Shown here in pieces: positions 9,105 through 19,577 of a DNA stretch of 64,000 bases. The translations under genes were made by a program, and so were the position numbers. The stretch covers positions 6,991 through 70,990 of the forward strand of contig ONCM01000008.1 in NCBI GenBank assembly GCA_900316305.1, in the 5' to 3' direction. Below the pieces are notes generated by a model. That model was not told where the DNA came from. It saw nothing but the letters and a program-made list of their open reading frames with translations, and did not search any database. Within the stretch, counting starts at the first letter, position 1, and each line of letters starts with the position of its first letter. Origin of the DNA: an uncultured Bacteroidales bacterium (GTDB taxonomy: Bacteria; Bacteroidota; Bacteroidia; Bacteroidales; WCHB1-69).

Positions 9105-9989
9105 ATGGCAAACTATCCCGATTCCATTGACAAAATCACGAAAGCGCGGCTCAGACTCTCGACTTTCGGCTCCATCTTCAGCATTGCGCTGACGATGTTT
9201 TTCATCGGAGCGTTGAGCTTTTTCGCCTTTTTCTCAATGAGATACCTCCAAAATCTCTCCCAAAAGATCGAAATGGAAGTGCTTTTCTACTCCGACATCA
9301 AAGAGGCGGACATCGACGCCCTGGAGAAGAAAATCAAATTGGAACCTTATATCGAATCCTCCCGTGTCTCTTCGCGCGAGGAGAACACTCGCACGGCACA
9401 GAAAATCATCGGCAGCAACTTCACCGAGGTGATTTCCAACCCTATCAACGCTTCCATTATCATCAATGTGAAACCCGATTACGCCAACTCCGACTCCTTG
9501 AACAAAATCTCCAAAGAGCTGAAACGCAATCCCATCGTGCAAGATGTTGATTATCCGGATTTTATCGTCAAATCTATCAGCGACAACTTTAAGCGTGTGC
9601 AACTAGTGATTCTCATCATTTGCGCCGTCTTCATGCTGATTTCCATGCTGTTGGTTGCCAACTGCATCCGACTGAATATCTTTGCCAAACGCTTCAACAT
9701 TAAGAGTATGCTTTTAGTGGGTGCCACTCCGAAATTTGTCCGCAAACCGTTCGTTACCAAAGGGTTGCTGCAAGGAGTTTGGGGCGGACTGATTGCCGTG
9801 GTGCTGCTGGCTCTCCTGCTGCTTTACGGCAACAATGTCGCGCCCGACTTCGTGGATTTCTCCGCCATGCTCTACATTGTTATAATTCTTGCGGCAGTTT
9901 TCGTCTTCAGCATCCTTTTCACCATCCTGATTTCAACCTTCTCCGTCAACCGGTACATCCGTATCAACGACGAGAGATTATATATGTAA
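9105..9989 (+). CDS. ftsX: FtsX-like cell-division permease
   Basis: FtsX topology (TM, large loop, 3 TM). Start set at ATG 9105; the ORF-track start at 9084 lies inside the -7 box 9079-9086. Confidence 0.75.
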   Translation: MANYPDSIDKITKARLRLSTFGSIFSIALTMFFIGALSFFAFFSMRYLQNLSQKIEMEVLFYSDIKEADIDALEKKIKLEPYIESSRVSSREENTRTAQKIIGSNFTEVISNPINASIIINVKPDYANSDSLNKISKELKRNPIVQDVDYPDFIVKSISDNFKRVQLVILIICAVFMLISMLLVANCIRLNIFAKRFNIKSMLLVGATPKFVRKPFVTKGLLQGVWGGLIAVVLLALLLLYGNNVAPDFVDFSAMLYIVIILAAVFVFSILFTILISTFSVNRYIRINDERLYM

Positions 9990-10010
9990 AAAATTAACAA
10001 TCAATACAAT

Positions 10011-10283
10011 ATGAGTTCAAACACCAACAATGAAAATGTAAAGGGTAACCGCCCGCCGTTGTTCCGCAAAATGAATTACATCCTGATGGGCGTCGGTGCC
10101 CTGCTGCTCATCATTGGCTACATCTGCCTGAGCGGCGGAAAAGTACCGGATGACGTGTTCGACGGTGAAATTTTCAACACCCGCCGTATCGTGGTGGCTC
10201 CGATCCTGATTTTTATAGGTCTTATGACCGAAATCGTGGCCATCATGTGGCATCCGAAAACCCCTACAACCGACAACGAATAA
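10011..10283 (+). CDS. DUF3098-type small membrane protein
   Basis: 90 aa with two TM helices. Conserved Bacteroidota position between ftsX and uppP. Confidence 0.7.
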   Translation: MSSNTNNENVKGNRPPLFRKMNYILMGVGALLLIIGYICLSGGKVPDDVFDGEIFNTRRIVVAPILIFIGLMTEIVAIMWHPKTPTTDNE

Positions 10284-10292
10284 CATCTGAAC

Positions 10293-11117
10293 ATGAGCTG
10301 GTTAGAAGCGCTGATTCTGGGAATCATTCAAGGATTGACAGAATTTCTGCCCGTCAGCAGTAGCGGGCATCTTACGATTTTGTCCCACCTTTTCGGTTTG
10401 GAGGGTGAATCGAACCTCACGATGATTGTAGCCCTGCATGTGGCCACTGTCTTGAGCACCCTGACCATCCTGTGGAAAGAGGTCGTTTGGATTTTCCAAG
10501 ATCTGTTCACCAAACAATCCTGGAAGAGCTACTCTGGACTGAACGACGGCACCAAATACGCCATCAACATTCTGATTTCGATGATTCCCGTGGGCATTGT
10601 CGGTTTTTGCTTCAAAGACACGGTGGAGGAGATTTTCGGCTCCGGCCTGCTGATTGTCGGCATCATGCTGTTGGTGACAGCGGCGTTGCTGGCCTTCTCC
10701 TATTTCGCCAAACCGCGTCAGCGCGAAGAGATTTCCCCGTTGCACGCCTTCATCATCGGTATCGGTCAGGCTGTGGCCGTCATGCCCGGACTTTCCCGTT
10801 CCGGAACCACCATCGCCACTGGTCTGCTGTTAGGTAACAAGAAAGAGAAAATCGCACAATTCTCATTCCTGATGGTCATTCCGCCCGTGTTGGGCGAGGC
10901 CTTGCTGGATGTAATGGACATTGCCGAGCAGGGGTTCAGCACTGCGATGAGCGGCATCTCCGCTGTCTCTCTGGCAGTGGGCTTCATCGCCGCCTTCATC
11001 ACTGGCTGTTTGGCCTGCAAATGGATGATCAACATCGTGAAGAAGGGCAAACTGATCTGGTTCGCCATCTACTGCGTGATCATCGGCATCTTAGCCATCA
11101 TTCTCGGCTTATGTTAA
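10293..11117 (+). CDS. uppP: Undecaprenyl-diphosphate phosphatase
   Basis: BacA/UppP motifs [10 protein letters not shown] and [10 protein letters not shown]; polytopic membrane protein. Confidence 0.9.
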   Translation: MSWLEALILGIIQGLTEFLPVSSSGHLTILSHLFGLEGESNLTMIVALHVATVLSTLTILWKEVVWIFQDLFTKQSWKSYSGLNDGTKYAINILISMIPVGIVGFCFKDTVEEIFGSGLLIVGIMLLVTAALLAFSYFAKPRQREEISPLHAFIIGIGQAVAVMPGLSRSGTTIATGLLLGNKKEKIAQFSFLMVIPPVLGEALLDVMDIAEQGFSTAMSGISAVSLAVGFIAAFITGCLACKWMINIVKKGKLIWFAIYCVIIGILAIILGLC

Positions 11118-11842
11118 AGAAGATGATCCACGACGTCACCTTCGAGCTACCGCCCGATCTGGACATCAATGCCGAAGGCGATTTATTACTAATCGACAAA
11201 CCTTACAAGTGCACCTCGTTTGATGTGGTGGGCAAAGTGCGCAAGCAAGTGCAACGCGCCGTCGGCCATCGCGTTAAGGTGGGTCATGCGGGCACATTGG
11301 ATCCCTTGGCTACCGGTCTGTTGTTAATCTGTGTGGGCAAGATGACCAAGCAGGTCGATGCCTTGCAAGCGCAAGAGAAGACCTACACCGGCACTTTCCT
11401 GATGGGCGCAACCACCCCGAGTTACGACCTGGAGAAACCGATTGACGCCACATTCCCTTACGAACATATCACCCGCGAAATGGCCGAGGAGGCCGCGCGG
11501 TCGTTTACCGGCGAGATCCAACAGGTACCGCCAATGTTCTCCGCCGTGAAGCATCAGGGCGAGCGTTCCTACGAGATTGCCCGTCGGGGCGAAGAGGCCG
11601 CCCTAACCGCCAAGAACATCACCATTTACGAGTTCGAAATCACCCGCTTCGAGCTACCGGAAATTGACTTCCGCATCCGCTGCTCCAAAGGCACCTACAT
11701 CCGCGCCATCGCCCGTGACTTCGGAGAGACCTTGAATAGCGGCGCCCACCTCACTGCACTGCGGAGAACCCGCATCGGCAGTCTATGCGTGGAAGACGCA
11801 CTACAGCCGGAAATCATACACCGCGACAATCCCGAATTGTAG
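11111..11842 (+). CDS. truB: tRNA pseudouridine(55) synthase
   Basis: [15 protein letters not shown] and [13 protein letters not shown] (catalytic Asp). Start ATG 11111 overlaps the uppP stop by 7 nt (alternative ATG 11123). The ORF-track start at 11021 lies inside uppP. Confidence 0.85.
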   Translation: MLKKMIHDVTFELPPDLDINAEGDLLLIDKPYKCTSFDVVGKVRKQVQRAVGHRVKVGHAGTLDPLATGLLLICVGKMTKQVDALQAQEKTYTGTFLMGATTPSYDLEKPIDATFPYEHITREMAEEAARSFTGEIQQVPPMFSAVKHQGERSYEIARRGEEAALTAKNITIYEFEITRFELPEIDFRIRCSKGTYIRAIARDFGETLNSGAHLTALRRTRIGSLCVEDALQPEIIHRDNPEL

Positions 11843-11854
11843 AGACGCGTCCGA

Positions 11855-11884
11855 TGTAGAGACGCGCTGCAGCACGTCTCTACA
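11855..11884 (+). terminator. Hairpin TGTAGAGACG-(CGCTGCAGCA)-CGTCTCTACA after truB (GTAG-hairpin family)
   Basis: 10-bp perfect stem that can extend by 2 bp inside the loop. An extra left-arm copy TGTAGAGACGCG at 11839-11850 contains the truB stop codon. Confidence 0.6.
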
Positions 11885-11894
11885 GCAGGATAAA

Positions 11895-11937
11895 ACAAAA
11901 AAAGTGAGACATCGGCGAATCCCCGCCAATGTCTCAC
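11895..11937 (-). terminator. Intrinsic terminator of atpDC
   Basis: Stem GTGAGACAT(C)GGCG / CGCC(A)ATGTCTCAC, 13 bp with 1 mismatch, followed on the minus strand by TTTTTTTGTTTT. Confidence 0.8.
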
Positions 11938-11963
11938 ATCATACGTCTGACGTCAAATACGTA

Positions 11964-12200
11964 CTATTCCGCCAGTACCAACACCTTGTCGTGACTGACT
12001 TCCACCACGCCGCCGCGAATGTCGAAGAATTGCGGCTCGTTTTGGTTGTCCTCCACTTTGACACGGCCTTCCTTCAGGGCGGAGACCAATGGCGCGTGCG
12101 ACGGCAAAATCTCGAACAAACCATCGAGACCCGGAAGCTGCACCAGAGAAACTTCCCCGGTGAACAGTGTGCTGCTCGGAGTGATAATCTCTAGTTTCAT
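11964..12200 (-). CDS. atpC: F1 ATP synthase epsilon subunit
   Basis: 78-aa ORF directly after atpD with an epsilon N-terminal beta-sandwich-like sequence. Confidence 0.8.
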   Translation of the reverse strand: MKLEIITPSSTLFTGEVSLVQLPGLDGLFEILPSHAPLVSALKEGRVKVEDNQNEPQFFDIRGGVVEVSHDKVLVLAE

Positions 12201-12206
12201 AATCCG

Positions 12207-13733
<1,527 letters not shown>

Positions 13734-13750
13734 TTAAAAATTTGAGCCGC

Positions 13751-13758
13751 CAAAGATA
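13751..13758 (-). promoter_or_regulatory. -7 box TATCTTTG (atpDC)
   Basis: TAnnTTTG on the minus strand, 38 nt upstream of the atpD ATG. Confidence 0.6.
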
Positions 13759-13814
13759 AAAAAATTCCCGATAGGGAGCATCAAAAAATTTTTTTTCATC
13801 AACTGTCGAACCAT

Positions 13815-13838
13815 ATCAAAAAAAGTGTATTTTTGCCG
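13815..13838 (+). promoter_or_regulatory. Extended promoter ATCAAAAAAAGTGTATTTTTGCCG (tRNA-Gly)
   Basis: -7 box TATTTTTG at 13828-13835, preceded by an A-tract. Near-identical blocks occur at rpsP and rpmE2. Confidence 0.7.
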
Positions 13839-13850
13839 CCGAATTCACAA

Positions 13851-13923
13851 GCGGAAGTAGCTCAGTTGGTAGAGCACAACCTTGCCAAGGTTGGGGTCGC
13901 GAGTTCGAGTCTCGTTTTCCGCT
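13851..13923 (+). tRNA. tRNA-Gly (anticodon GCC), CCA not encoded
   Basis: I folded the cloverleaf by hand. Acceptor GCGGAAG/TTTCCGC, D arm GCTC-AGTTGGTA-GAGC, anticodon arm CAACC-TTGCCAA-GGTTG, T arm GCGAG-TTCGAGT-CTCGT, discriminator U. Confidence 0.93.
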
Positions 13924-13936
13924 CATTATCAACAAA

Positions 13937-13966
13937 ATACCCTACCAAATGGCAGGGTATTTTTAT
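13937..13966. terminator. Bidirectional hairpin between tRNA-Gly and coaE
   Basis: ATACCCTACC-AAAT-GGCAGGGTAT (1 mismatch), with T-runs on both strands. Confidence 0.65.
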
Positions 13967-13971
13967 TTATA

Positions 13972-13999
13972 ATTCATAATTCCGCATTCCTCATTTTCC
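13972..13999. repeat. Heptad tandem repeat, ATTCNNC family (4 units), inside the coaE 3' end
   Basis: ATTCATA ATTCCGC ATTCCTC ATTTTCC. Confidence 0.7.
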
Positions 14000-14543
14000 G
14001 TCCTTCCGCGTACGTCTCCCCTGTGCAAACCACCAAATCCGCGCGTCTGCACTTCTCCTCCTGCGGAATCTGGCGCGACATGCGCTGACGAATATCCGCT
14101 TCCGTCAGGTTTGGATTGCGTTGCAAAATGCGACGAATACGCAATGCTTCCGGCGCATCCGCCACAATGATCTTGTCGAAATAGGAGACCAAATCGTACT
14201 CGAAAAGGATGGCCGACTCCATGATGACGGCTGCGGCATTCTGCGCTTCCGCCCACTTTTCAAAATCGCGCATGACGTACGGATGGACGAAACGGCTTAA
14301 TCGCTGCAGAAAGTCCTCATCGTCAAAAGATTGGGAGAGTTGTGTCATATTCAAGGCGCCGTCTGGAAGCCATAGCTTCTCATCGGGAAACGCTTGACGC
14401 ATCTCCGCCAAAAAAGCAGACTGACGATAAAGCTTTTTCGCTTCATCGTCAGCGTAATAGACCGGTATCCCCATATCGCGGAAATGGGTCGAAAGATACG
14501 TTTTGCCCGTACCGATACCGCCAGTCAGCCCGATTTTCACCAT
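13974..14543 (-). CDS. coaE: Dephospho-CoA kinase
   Basis: P-loop GLTGGIGTGKT at the N-terminus; size and context fit (after yajC). Confidence 0.85.
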   Translation of the reverse strand: MVKIGLTGGIGTGKTYLSTHFRDMGIPVYYADDEAKKLYRQSAFLAEMRQAFPDEKLWLPDGALNMTQLSQSFDDEDFLQRLSRFVHPYVMRDFEKWAEAQNAAAVIMESAILFEYDLVSYFDKIIVADAPEALRIRRILQRNPNLTEADIRQRMSRQIPQEEKCRRADLVVCTGETYAEGRKMRNAEL

Positions 14544-14544
14544 A

Positions 14545-14961
14545 TTAGCGCAAATAGAAGGTGATTACCTCAGGTGAAGAGACGGACACCAACTCCGGAC
14601 CGAAGTTGTGCTCGGCAAGGAATTCGCACATCTCTTTGCTAGTGAACGTATATACAGTCACCTTGTTCTTCGGCTTGATCAAGTCGCTCACCGACACCGT
14701 CACCACCTTTTCCTTGTTGGAATAGGGCTTGGTCAGATATTTGAGCCCTTTCTGGTTGAAAGTCAGCTGCAAAACCGTGTCCGACATGGTCACCGACTTG
14801 CGGCCTTCGGGCAGGTTGTCACACACCAGCTTATACTCGTAGGTCATCTTGTAATCCTTCGACAAGGTGACCAGCAGCCAGCAGGCGATGGAAATCAAAA
14901 GACATACAATAAAGGCCAGTGAAGGCAGTTTCACTGGCACTCTGGATTTATTCTCAGTCAT
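14545..14961 (-). CDS. Membrane-anchored protein, YbbR-like single domain (tentative)
   Basis: 138 aa with an N-terminal TM helix, in the conserved nusB-yajC-coaE operon slot. No catalytic motifs seen. Confidence 0.45.
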   Translation of the reverse strand: MTENKSRVPVKLPSLAFIVCLLISIACWLLVTLSKDYKMTYEYKLVCDNLPEGRKSVTMSDTVLQLTFNQKGLKYLTKPYSNKEKVVTVSVSDLIKPKNKVTVYTFTSKEMCEFLAEHNFGPELVSVSSPEVITFYLR

Positions 14962-14963
14962 TT

Positions 14964-15326
14964 TTATTCGTTTTCTTGCTTCTCTTCTTTCTTTTCAGCC
15001 GGCTTTTTGCCCAGAGCGGCCTCATTGAAGGAGATAGCGGCTTTGTCAACCTCGATACGCACATCATGCGCGATCTCAATGGTGAAGGTGGAGTCCTTGA
15101 TATCGACTATCTTGCCGTGAATACCGCCAATGGTAACCACTTTGTCGCCTTTTTGGAGACTGTTGCGAGCCTCTTCAATTTTCTTCTGTTTTTTCTGCTG
15201 AGGACGAATCATGAAGAAGTAGAAAATGAGAATCATCAGCAGGATGAAAATAAGCATGGAGGAACCGCCGCCAGCGGGAGATGCCGCAGGAGCCGCATCC
15301 ATCAAAGGTAATAATGTGTTCAGCAT
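14964..15326 (-). CDS. yajC: Preprotein translocase subunit YajC
   Basis: TM helix followed by IRPQQKKQKK...LQKGDKVVTIGGIHGKIV, a typical YajC core. Confidence 0.85.
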   Translation of the reverse strand: MLNTLLPLMDAAPAASPAGGGSSMLIFILLMILIFYFFMIRPQQKKQKKIEEARNSLQKGDKVVTIGGIHGKIVDIKDSTFTIEIAHDVRIEVDKAAISFNEAALGKKPAEKKEEKQENE

Positions 15327-15367
15327 ACGTTTGTTGTTTATTTGTTAGACTGTATTTGAATTTCTAT

Positions 15368-15838
15368 TTATCTGCTAGAAGAGACATTCGCAGTGATGGT
15401 GAGAATGGTCTCCGAAGGATAGGTGTTGGCACCCACCAAAATACGTTTCTCCACCTTGCCTTTCTGCCCCTTAGAATCGAACGTGACGGTGATCTCACCG
15501 CTTTCGCCCGGGCGAACCGGCGCTTTCGGGGGCTGCGAGGTCGTACACCCACAAGTAGCCTCCGAAGAATAAATAATCAGATTGGACTTGCCGGTGTTCT
15601 TAAATTTAAAAGCGTAAGTAAGACGCTCTCCCTCAATCACTTCGCCAAAATCGTAAGTGGTCTTTTCAAACGAGATGACCGGCATCTTCTCCGCCTCTTT
15701 GTCCGAAAGACCGGACGCCGTCTGCGGAATATGCACATCATCCACGGTGAAATCACCCTCCTTGGCCTGCTTCTGATGGCATCCACCGAATAAAAGCCCA
15801 ACAGTTACTATTGCCGTAATAATCCAAAATCTATTCAT
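15368..15838 (-). CDS. DUF1573 domain protein (lipoprotein-like)
   Basis: Signal peptide ending GGC; ATCGCTT motif and Ig-like beta pattern typical of DUF1573. Confidence 0.7.
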   Translation of the reverse strand: MNRFWIITAIVTVGLLFGGCHQKQAKEGDFTVDDVHIPQTASGLSDKEAEKMPVISFEKTTYDFGEVIEGERLTYAFKFKNTGKSNLIIYSSEATCGCTTSQPPKAPVRPGESGEITVTFDSKGQKGKVEKRILVGANTYPSETILTITANVSSSR

Positions 15839-15867
15839 AATTCAGCATTCATAATTCATCATTAATT
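15833..15867. repeat. Heptad tandem repeat, ATTCNNC family (5 units)
   Basis: ATTCATA ATTCAGC ATTCATA ATTCATC ATTAATT. Contains the nusB stop and the DUF1573 start codon. Confidence 0.9.
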
Positions 15868-16809
15868 CTGATATAGTCCGCGCCCCGTCTTCACAATCCG
15901 GTCTTGGGCGCGCAAATCCACGATCAAACGGTCCAAAATACCGTTGATGAAGAGCTTGCTCTTGTCGGAGCTGTACCACTTGGCAATCTCGATATATTCG
16001 TTCAGCGTGACCTTGATAGGGATGGACGGGAATTCGAGCAGCTCACAGAGCGCCATCTCCATCAGCAGCATATCCATACTGATTACGCGGTCCATCTCCC
16101 AATTCTGCAGCTTGTCCTTGATCATCTGGTCATACTCTTCGGAATGCTCCAACGTCTTGCGGAACAGGTGTCTGCAGAACTGCTCATCCTCATCACTCTT
16201 GAACAGGGGTACAATTTTGCAATCGTCGCCCTTGCTCTCCTTGAAGTCCTTCACGTTCTGATAGAACATCATCATCGCCTCATCGTAGTCGTCAATCCAA
16301 TGAGTGTTTTTCTCACCCAAATACCAGTGTAACAGATCATTATCCGCGAAAACTTTCTCGACAATCGTCAGCACCAGCTTCTTGTCCTCAGCATAGTCGT
16401 TTTCGCGCGTGGACATATACACCTCATATTCCGGAAGTTGCTCAATCTCGCGATAGAGCTTGGCTATCAAATCCGTATGATCCTCCCACAGCACGTGGTA
16501 TTTGGGCCACTGCTGCTGGAGGGTCTTGTTGGTCTCCATCTGCCGGATCACAGCGTTGTTGACGAACTTCATGTTCGGGTTCAGATCCTCTTCCGTCGGA
16601 TGATACTTCTCCTTCAGGCTCTCCAATTTTTTCATCCTATAGAAGGCGATTTCAGGCAACAATGCGAAGAGCCACAAAAAGAGCTCGTAACAGGCGTGAA
16701 TCGCCTTCACCATATCTGCCTCATAGCTACGCACCTGCGCCTTCGGGTTGGCGTTGTACGCGTATAAAGCCTGCATTGTCTTGATTCGCAAATAATGCCT
16801 ACTGACCAT
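15862..16809 (-). CDS. nusB: Transcription antitermination factor NusB (long Bacteroidota form)
   Basis: C-terminal NusB core (DRVISMDMLLMEMALCELLEFPSIPIKVTLNEYIEIAK...FINGILD). Confidence 0.8.
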   Translation of the reverse strand: MVSRHYLRIKTMQALYAYNANPKAQVRSYEADMVKAIHACYELFLWLFALLPEIAFYRMKKLESLKEKYHPTEEDLNPNMKFVNNAVIRQMETNKTLQQQWPKYHVLWEDHTDLIAKLYREIEQLPEYEVYMSTRENDYAEDKKLVLTIVEKVFADNDLLHWYLGEKNTHWIDDYDEAMMMFYQNVKDFKESKGDDCKIVPLFKSDEDEQFCRHLFRKTLEHSEEYDQMIKDKLQNWEMDRVISMDMLLMEMALCELLEFPSIPIKVTLNEYIEIAKWYSSDKSKLFINGILDRLIVDLRAQDRIVKTGRGLYQN

Positions 16810-16842
16810 GATCCTGCTGATTTTTAGGAATTACGAACTATA

Positions 16843-17790
16843 TTAGCGCAAGGTGAAGAAACACTCGCCAAGAAACTGGTCGTCCGTATAGACTTGTACG
16901 CTGTACTGGCCTTTGATGGCCTTGTCATCGGACATCAGATCCCAATTCATGGTGATGTTTTCCGCTTTGTTATGATAATTCACGACGGTTTTGCAGGAGT
17001 ACTGCATACGTTGGCCGTTATGGACGAACGAATAGGTGTCGCCGCTGCCCATGGTCAGCACCTTGCCTGTTTCAGGGATGGCGATACGGCAATAGACGTT
17101 CACCGGACCGGGCTCGATGAGGGAGTTCTCACCCAGCATGAGGGTCGTTTTGATACGTTTCACCTTGTTAGCCTTCTCGGTCGGCTCTTCCGTGCCTTTG
17201 TTGCGTACGAGATAGCCGGCACTCTTGATGTTATACGCTTTGAAGGTAGCCGCATTACTAATCTTCTGCGAAAGGTCATCGTTGGTCTTCTGCATGTTAC
17301 GAGTCACCTCTTTTTCCTGTTCCAGTGAGGCGCGAACCTGCTGGTTCTCATCTCTCAACGCTTGGTTCTCTTGATAGAGCTTGTCCATCTCCTTGACATA
17401 CTCCTGGGAGATGTTTTGCAGACGGGCCAGCTGTTTCTTGATGCGGTTGTAGTCGGCCTGGGAGTTGATCAGCTTCTCAATCTCAGCAGCGTTGGCCATG
17501 ATGATGCTGTCCTTCTCGCTCAGTTGATCCGACAAATCACCATATTGCTCTTTGATGCGTTCGTGTTCGGCCAAAAGAGCGTTTAACTCGTCCTGTAATT
17601 CCGCATTTTTCGTTTCAACCTGCACATATTCCTTGTTTATCGTCGGTTTGGCGAAACGGGCGAAATAGATAGTGGTGCAGAGGAATACACCTGCTAACAC
17701 ACCCAAAATAATGACCCATTTCTTCAAAGGATTCTCCTGATTGGCATTCTGGCTCGGGCCTGAATAATTCATTGAACTCGTAGTTTCCAT
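16843..17790 (-). CDS. Membrane-anchored coiled-coil protein with C-terminal beta-rich domain, function unknown
   Basis: 315 aa: TM helix at about aa 25-45, about 130 aa of heptad-rich Q/E/L sequence, then a beta-rich C-terminal 130 aa. No recognisable motif. Confidence 0.5.
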   Translation of the reverse strand: METTSSMNYSGPSQNANQENPLKKWVIILGVLAGVFLCTTIYFARFAKPTINKEYVQVETKNAELQDELNALLAEHERIKEQYGDLSDQLSEKDSIIMANAAEIEKLINSQADYNRIKKQLARLQNISQEYVKEMDKLYQENQALRDENQQVRASLEQEKEVTRNMQKTNDDLSQKISNAATFKAYNIKSAGYLVRNKGTEEPTEKANKVKRIKTTLMLGENSLIEPGPVNVYCRIAIPETGKVLTMGSGDTYSFVHNGQRMQYSCKTVVNYHNKAENITMNWDLMSDDKAIKGQYSVQVYTDDQFLGECFFTLR

Positions 17791-17856
17791 ATTTGTTTAG
17801 CTTTATTATTTCGAACGGATTTAACGCTATTTTCTTAAAAAAATTTTATGTCTTGA

Positions 17857-19503
17857 CTATTTTGTCTCCAAATAACTTCTCAACTCTTTGGGAAGATAGA
17901 ACGTGTTATTGATGGGCATATAGACAATCACGGAGTTAAGATCAACTCTTTTCTTGTTGACCATCACATAGTTATCGTAGCTATTGGCCACCAAAACGTT
18001 TTTCTTATTCTTGACAGTCAGACGATAGTTGTATTTGTCCAAACTGTCGATTTGTATCTGATAACCCTCAAACACCTGGTCATGTTTGGCATAGATGTCA
18101 GCGGTGAGCTTCTCCAAGGTACCGGTCAAGCCCATCTGTCTGCATAGGTACTTGTGAACGTCAATATTGGTCGGAACACCCACAAGTCTATCATTTTGAG
18201 GATGATAGATCGCCAGAAATACGTTTTCAATGGTATGTCCGAAGGTGGTGAAACCAAAGTAGGTGCGACCGTAGAGCACCTGGCTGAGCATCTTGCACAT
18301 GGAGAGGTTACCCGTGCGCTGTTCCTTAGGCGTGGAGGATTTGTCGTAGTCACGGGCGGTGGCGAGATAGGTGAGCTCGGCGGGTTGCGGGGTGAAACCG
18401 AAGTATGTTTCAAAGAGTTGCGGCCACTCGGTGGTATCCACAGCTTTGAGTTTCTCACCCATGGTCCAGTTGGAAAGCTTGTAATCGTCGATGGGACTCA
18501 TGAGCTGTTTCAGTGACAGTTTGTCGTATCCGTCACGACTGGCTTTGGGATTGCCAATGGTGACAGCACCCGTACCATGGTCGGGCAGAATCACCACCAC
18601 CGTTTCGCCGTTCTTTTTAGCAAAATCCAGTGCCACTCCACAAGCCTTGTCGAATTCCAGGAACTCAATAATGGCGTTTTTCGCATCATTGTCGTGTGCG
18701 GCCCAATCGACCTTGCTGCCTTCCACCATCAGGAAGAAGCCATCTTTATCCTGGGAGAGCAAATCAATGGCTTTTTGCGTCATTTCGGCTATAGAAGGCA
18801 CCTTTTGCTGATCTGACTCCAGCCAATAAGGCATTGAGCTTTCGCCAAACAAAGCCCAAACGGGAGTTGTAGAACAGCTTCTAAAGCCTTGGATGTCATC
18901 CAGATATACATTATATCCACTCTCTTTCAGATCATTCTGAAGATTATCGCTAAGGTAACTGACACCGCCGCCCATCACCACATCCACGTGGTTATGCGCC
19001 ATTTGCGGGGCGATCATGCCATATTTGCCACGCTTGTACGTGTGTGCGGAACAGTCTGCGGGGGTGGCGTGCGGGAACTCGCAGGTGAAAACAAGTCCCG
19101 TGGATTTATGTTGCAACATCTTAGCGGCTTCAAGGACAGTGGCCAACGGTTGGTAAGCGCGAGTGGCATCCACCGGAACCAAATCGTGATCGGTGGCCAC
19201 AGGATAGGTGGAAACGAAACCCGTTTGGGAAGGCTGTCCCGACACATAACAAGAGGTGGTTGGAGCCGAATCACCGATGGGGGCATCAGAGGAATTCGTA
19301 CGCACCAAACCGCAAAGGTAAGGGTCTATGTTCAAAGTAGTTTTGGTGGAATCCATGTAGGTTTGATACCAGCGGGCGGCGGAGAGCAGACTCGTGGAGG
19401 TGCCGTCCGGGATCATCAGAATCACGTTTTTGACGGGCTTGGGTTGCGCCATCGCACACAACAACGTGATACTCAGTAAACTATAAAGAACGAAACGTTT
19501 CAT
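17857..19503 (-). CDS. Alkaline phosphatase family protein (secreted)
   Basis: Signal peptide; IPDGTS, GDSAPTTS (Ser nucleophile context), DWAAHDND and LPDHGTG metal-ligand-like motifs. Confidence 0.75.
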   Translation of the reverse strand: MKRFVLYSLLSITLLCAMAQPKPVKNVILMIPDGTSTSLLSAARWYQTYMDSTKTTLNIDPYLCGLVRTNSSDAPIGDSAPTTSCYVSGQPSQTGFVSTYPVATDHDLVPVDATRAYQPLATVLEAAKMLQHKSTGLVFTCEFPHATPADCSAHTYKRGKYGMIAPQMAHNHVDVVMGGGVSYLSDNLQNDLKESGYNVYLDDIQGFRSCSTTPVWALFGESSMPYWLESDQQKVPSIAEMTQKAIDLLSQDKDGFFLMVEGSKVDWAAHDNDAKNAIIEFLEFDKACGVALDFAKKNGETVVVILPDHGTGAVTIGNPKASRDGYDKLSLKQLMSPIDDYKLSNWTMGEKLKAVDTTEWPQLFETYFGFTPQPAELTYLATARDYDKSSTPKEQRTGNLSMCKMLSQVLYGRTYFGFTTFGHTIENVFLAIYHPQNDRLVGVPTNIDVHKYLCRQMGLTGTLEKLTADIYAKHDQVFEGYQIQIDSLDKYNYRLTVKNKKNVLVANSYDNYVMVNKKRVDLNSVIVYMPINNTFYLPKELRSYLETK

Positions 19504-19525
19504 TTCACCTATTTTTTAAAACGCG

Positions 19526-19533
19526 CAAAGATA
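19526..19533 (-). promoter_or_regulatory. -7 box TATCTTTG (alkaline phosphatase)
   Basis: TAnnTTTG on the minus strand, 22 nt upstream of ATG 19503. Confidence 0.55.
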
Positions 19534-19577
19534 CATTTTTTTAGGATGTGTAAGAGGATAAATCGTGGCGAAAACGA

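Noticed and set aside
11021-11110. Upstream extension of truB; likewise engB 41833-41898, ddl 7095-7115, ftsX 9084-9104, yceD 59826-59864 and envC-like 43157-43177
   Set aside because: The extensions either overlap the preceding gene or contain or abut the predicted -7 promoter box. Downstream ATGs give canonical N-termini.
13851-13970. tRNA-Gly as an integration hotspot or genomic-island border
   Set aside because: I saw no integrase gene and no direct repeat of the tRNA 3' end nearby. The flanking genes are housekeeping operons (atpDC, nusB-coaE).
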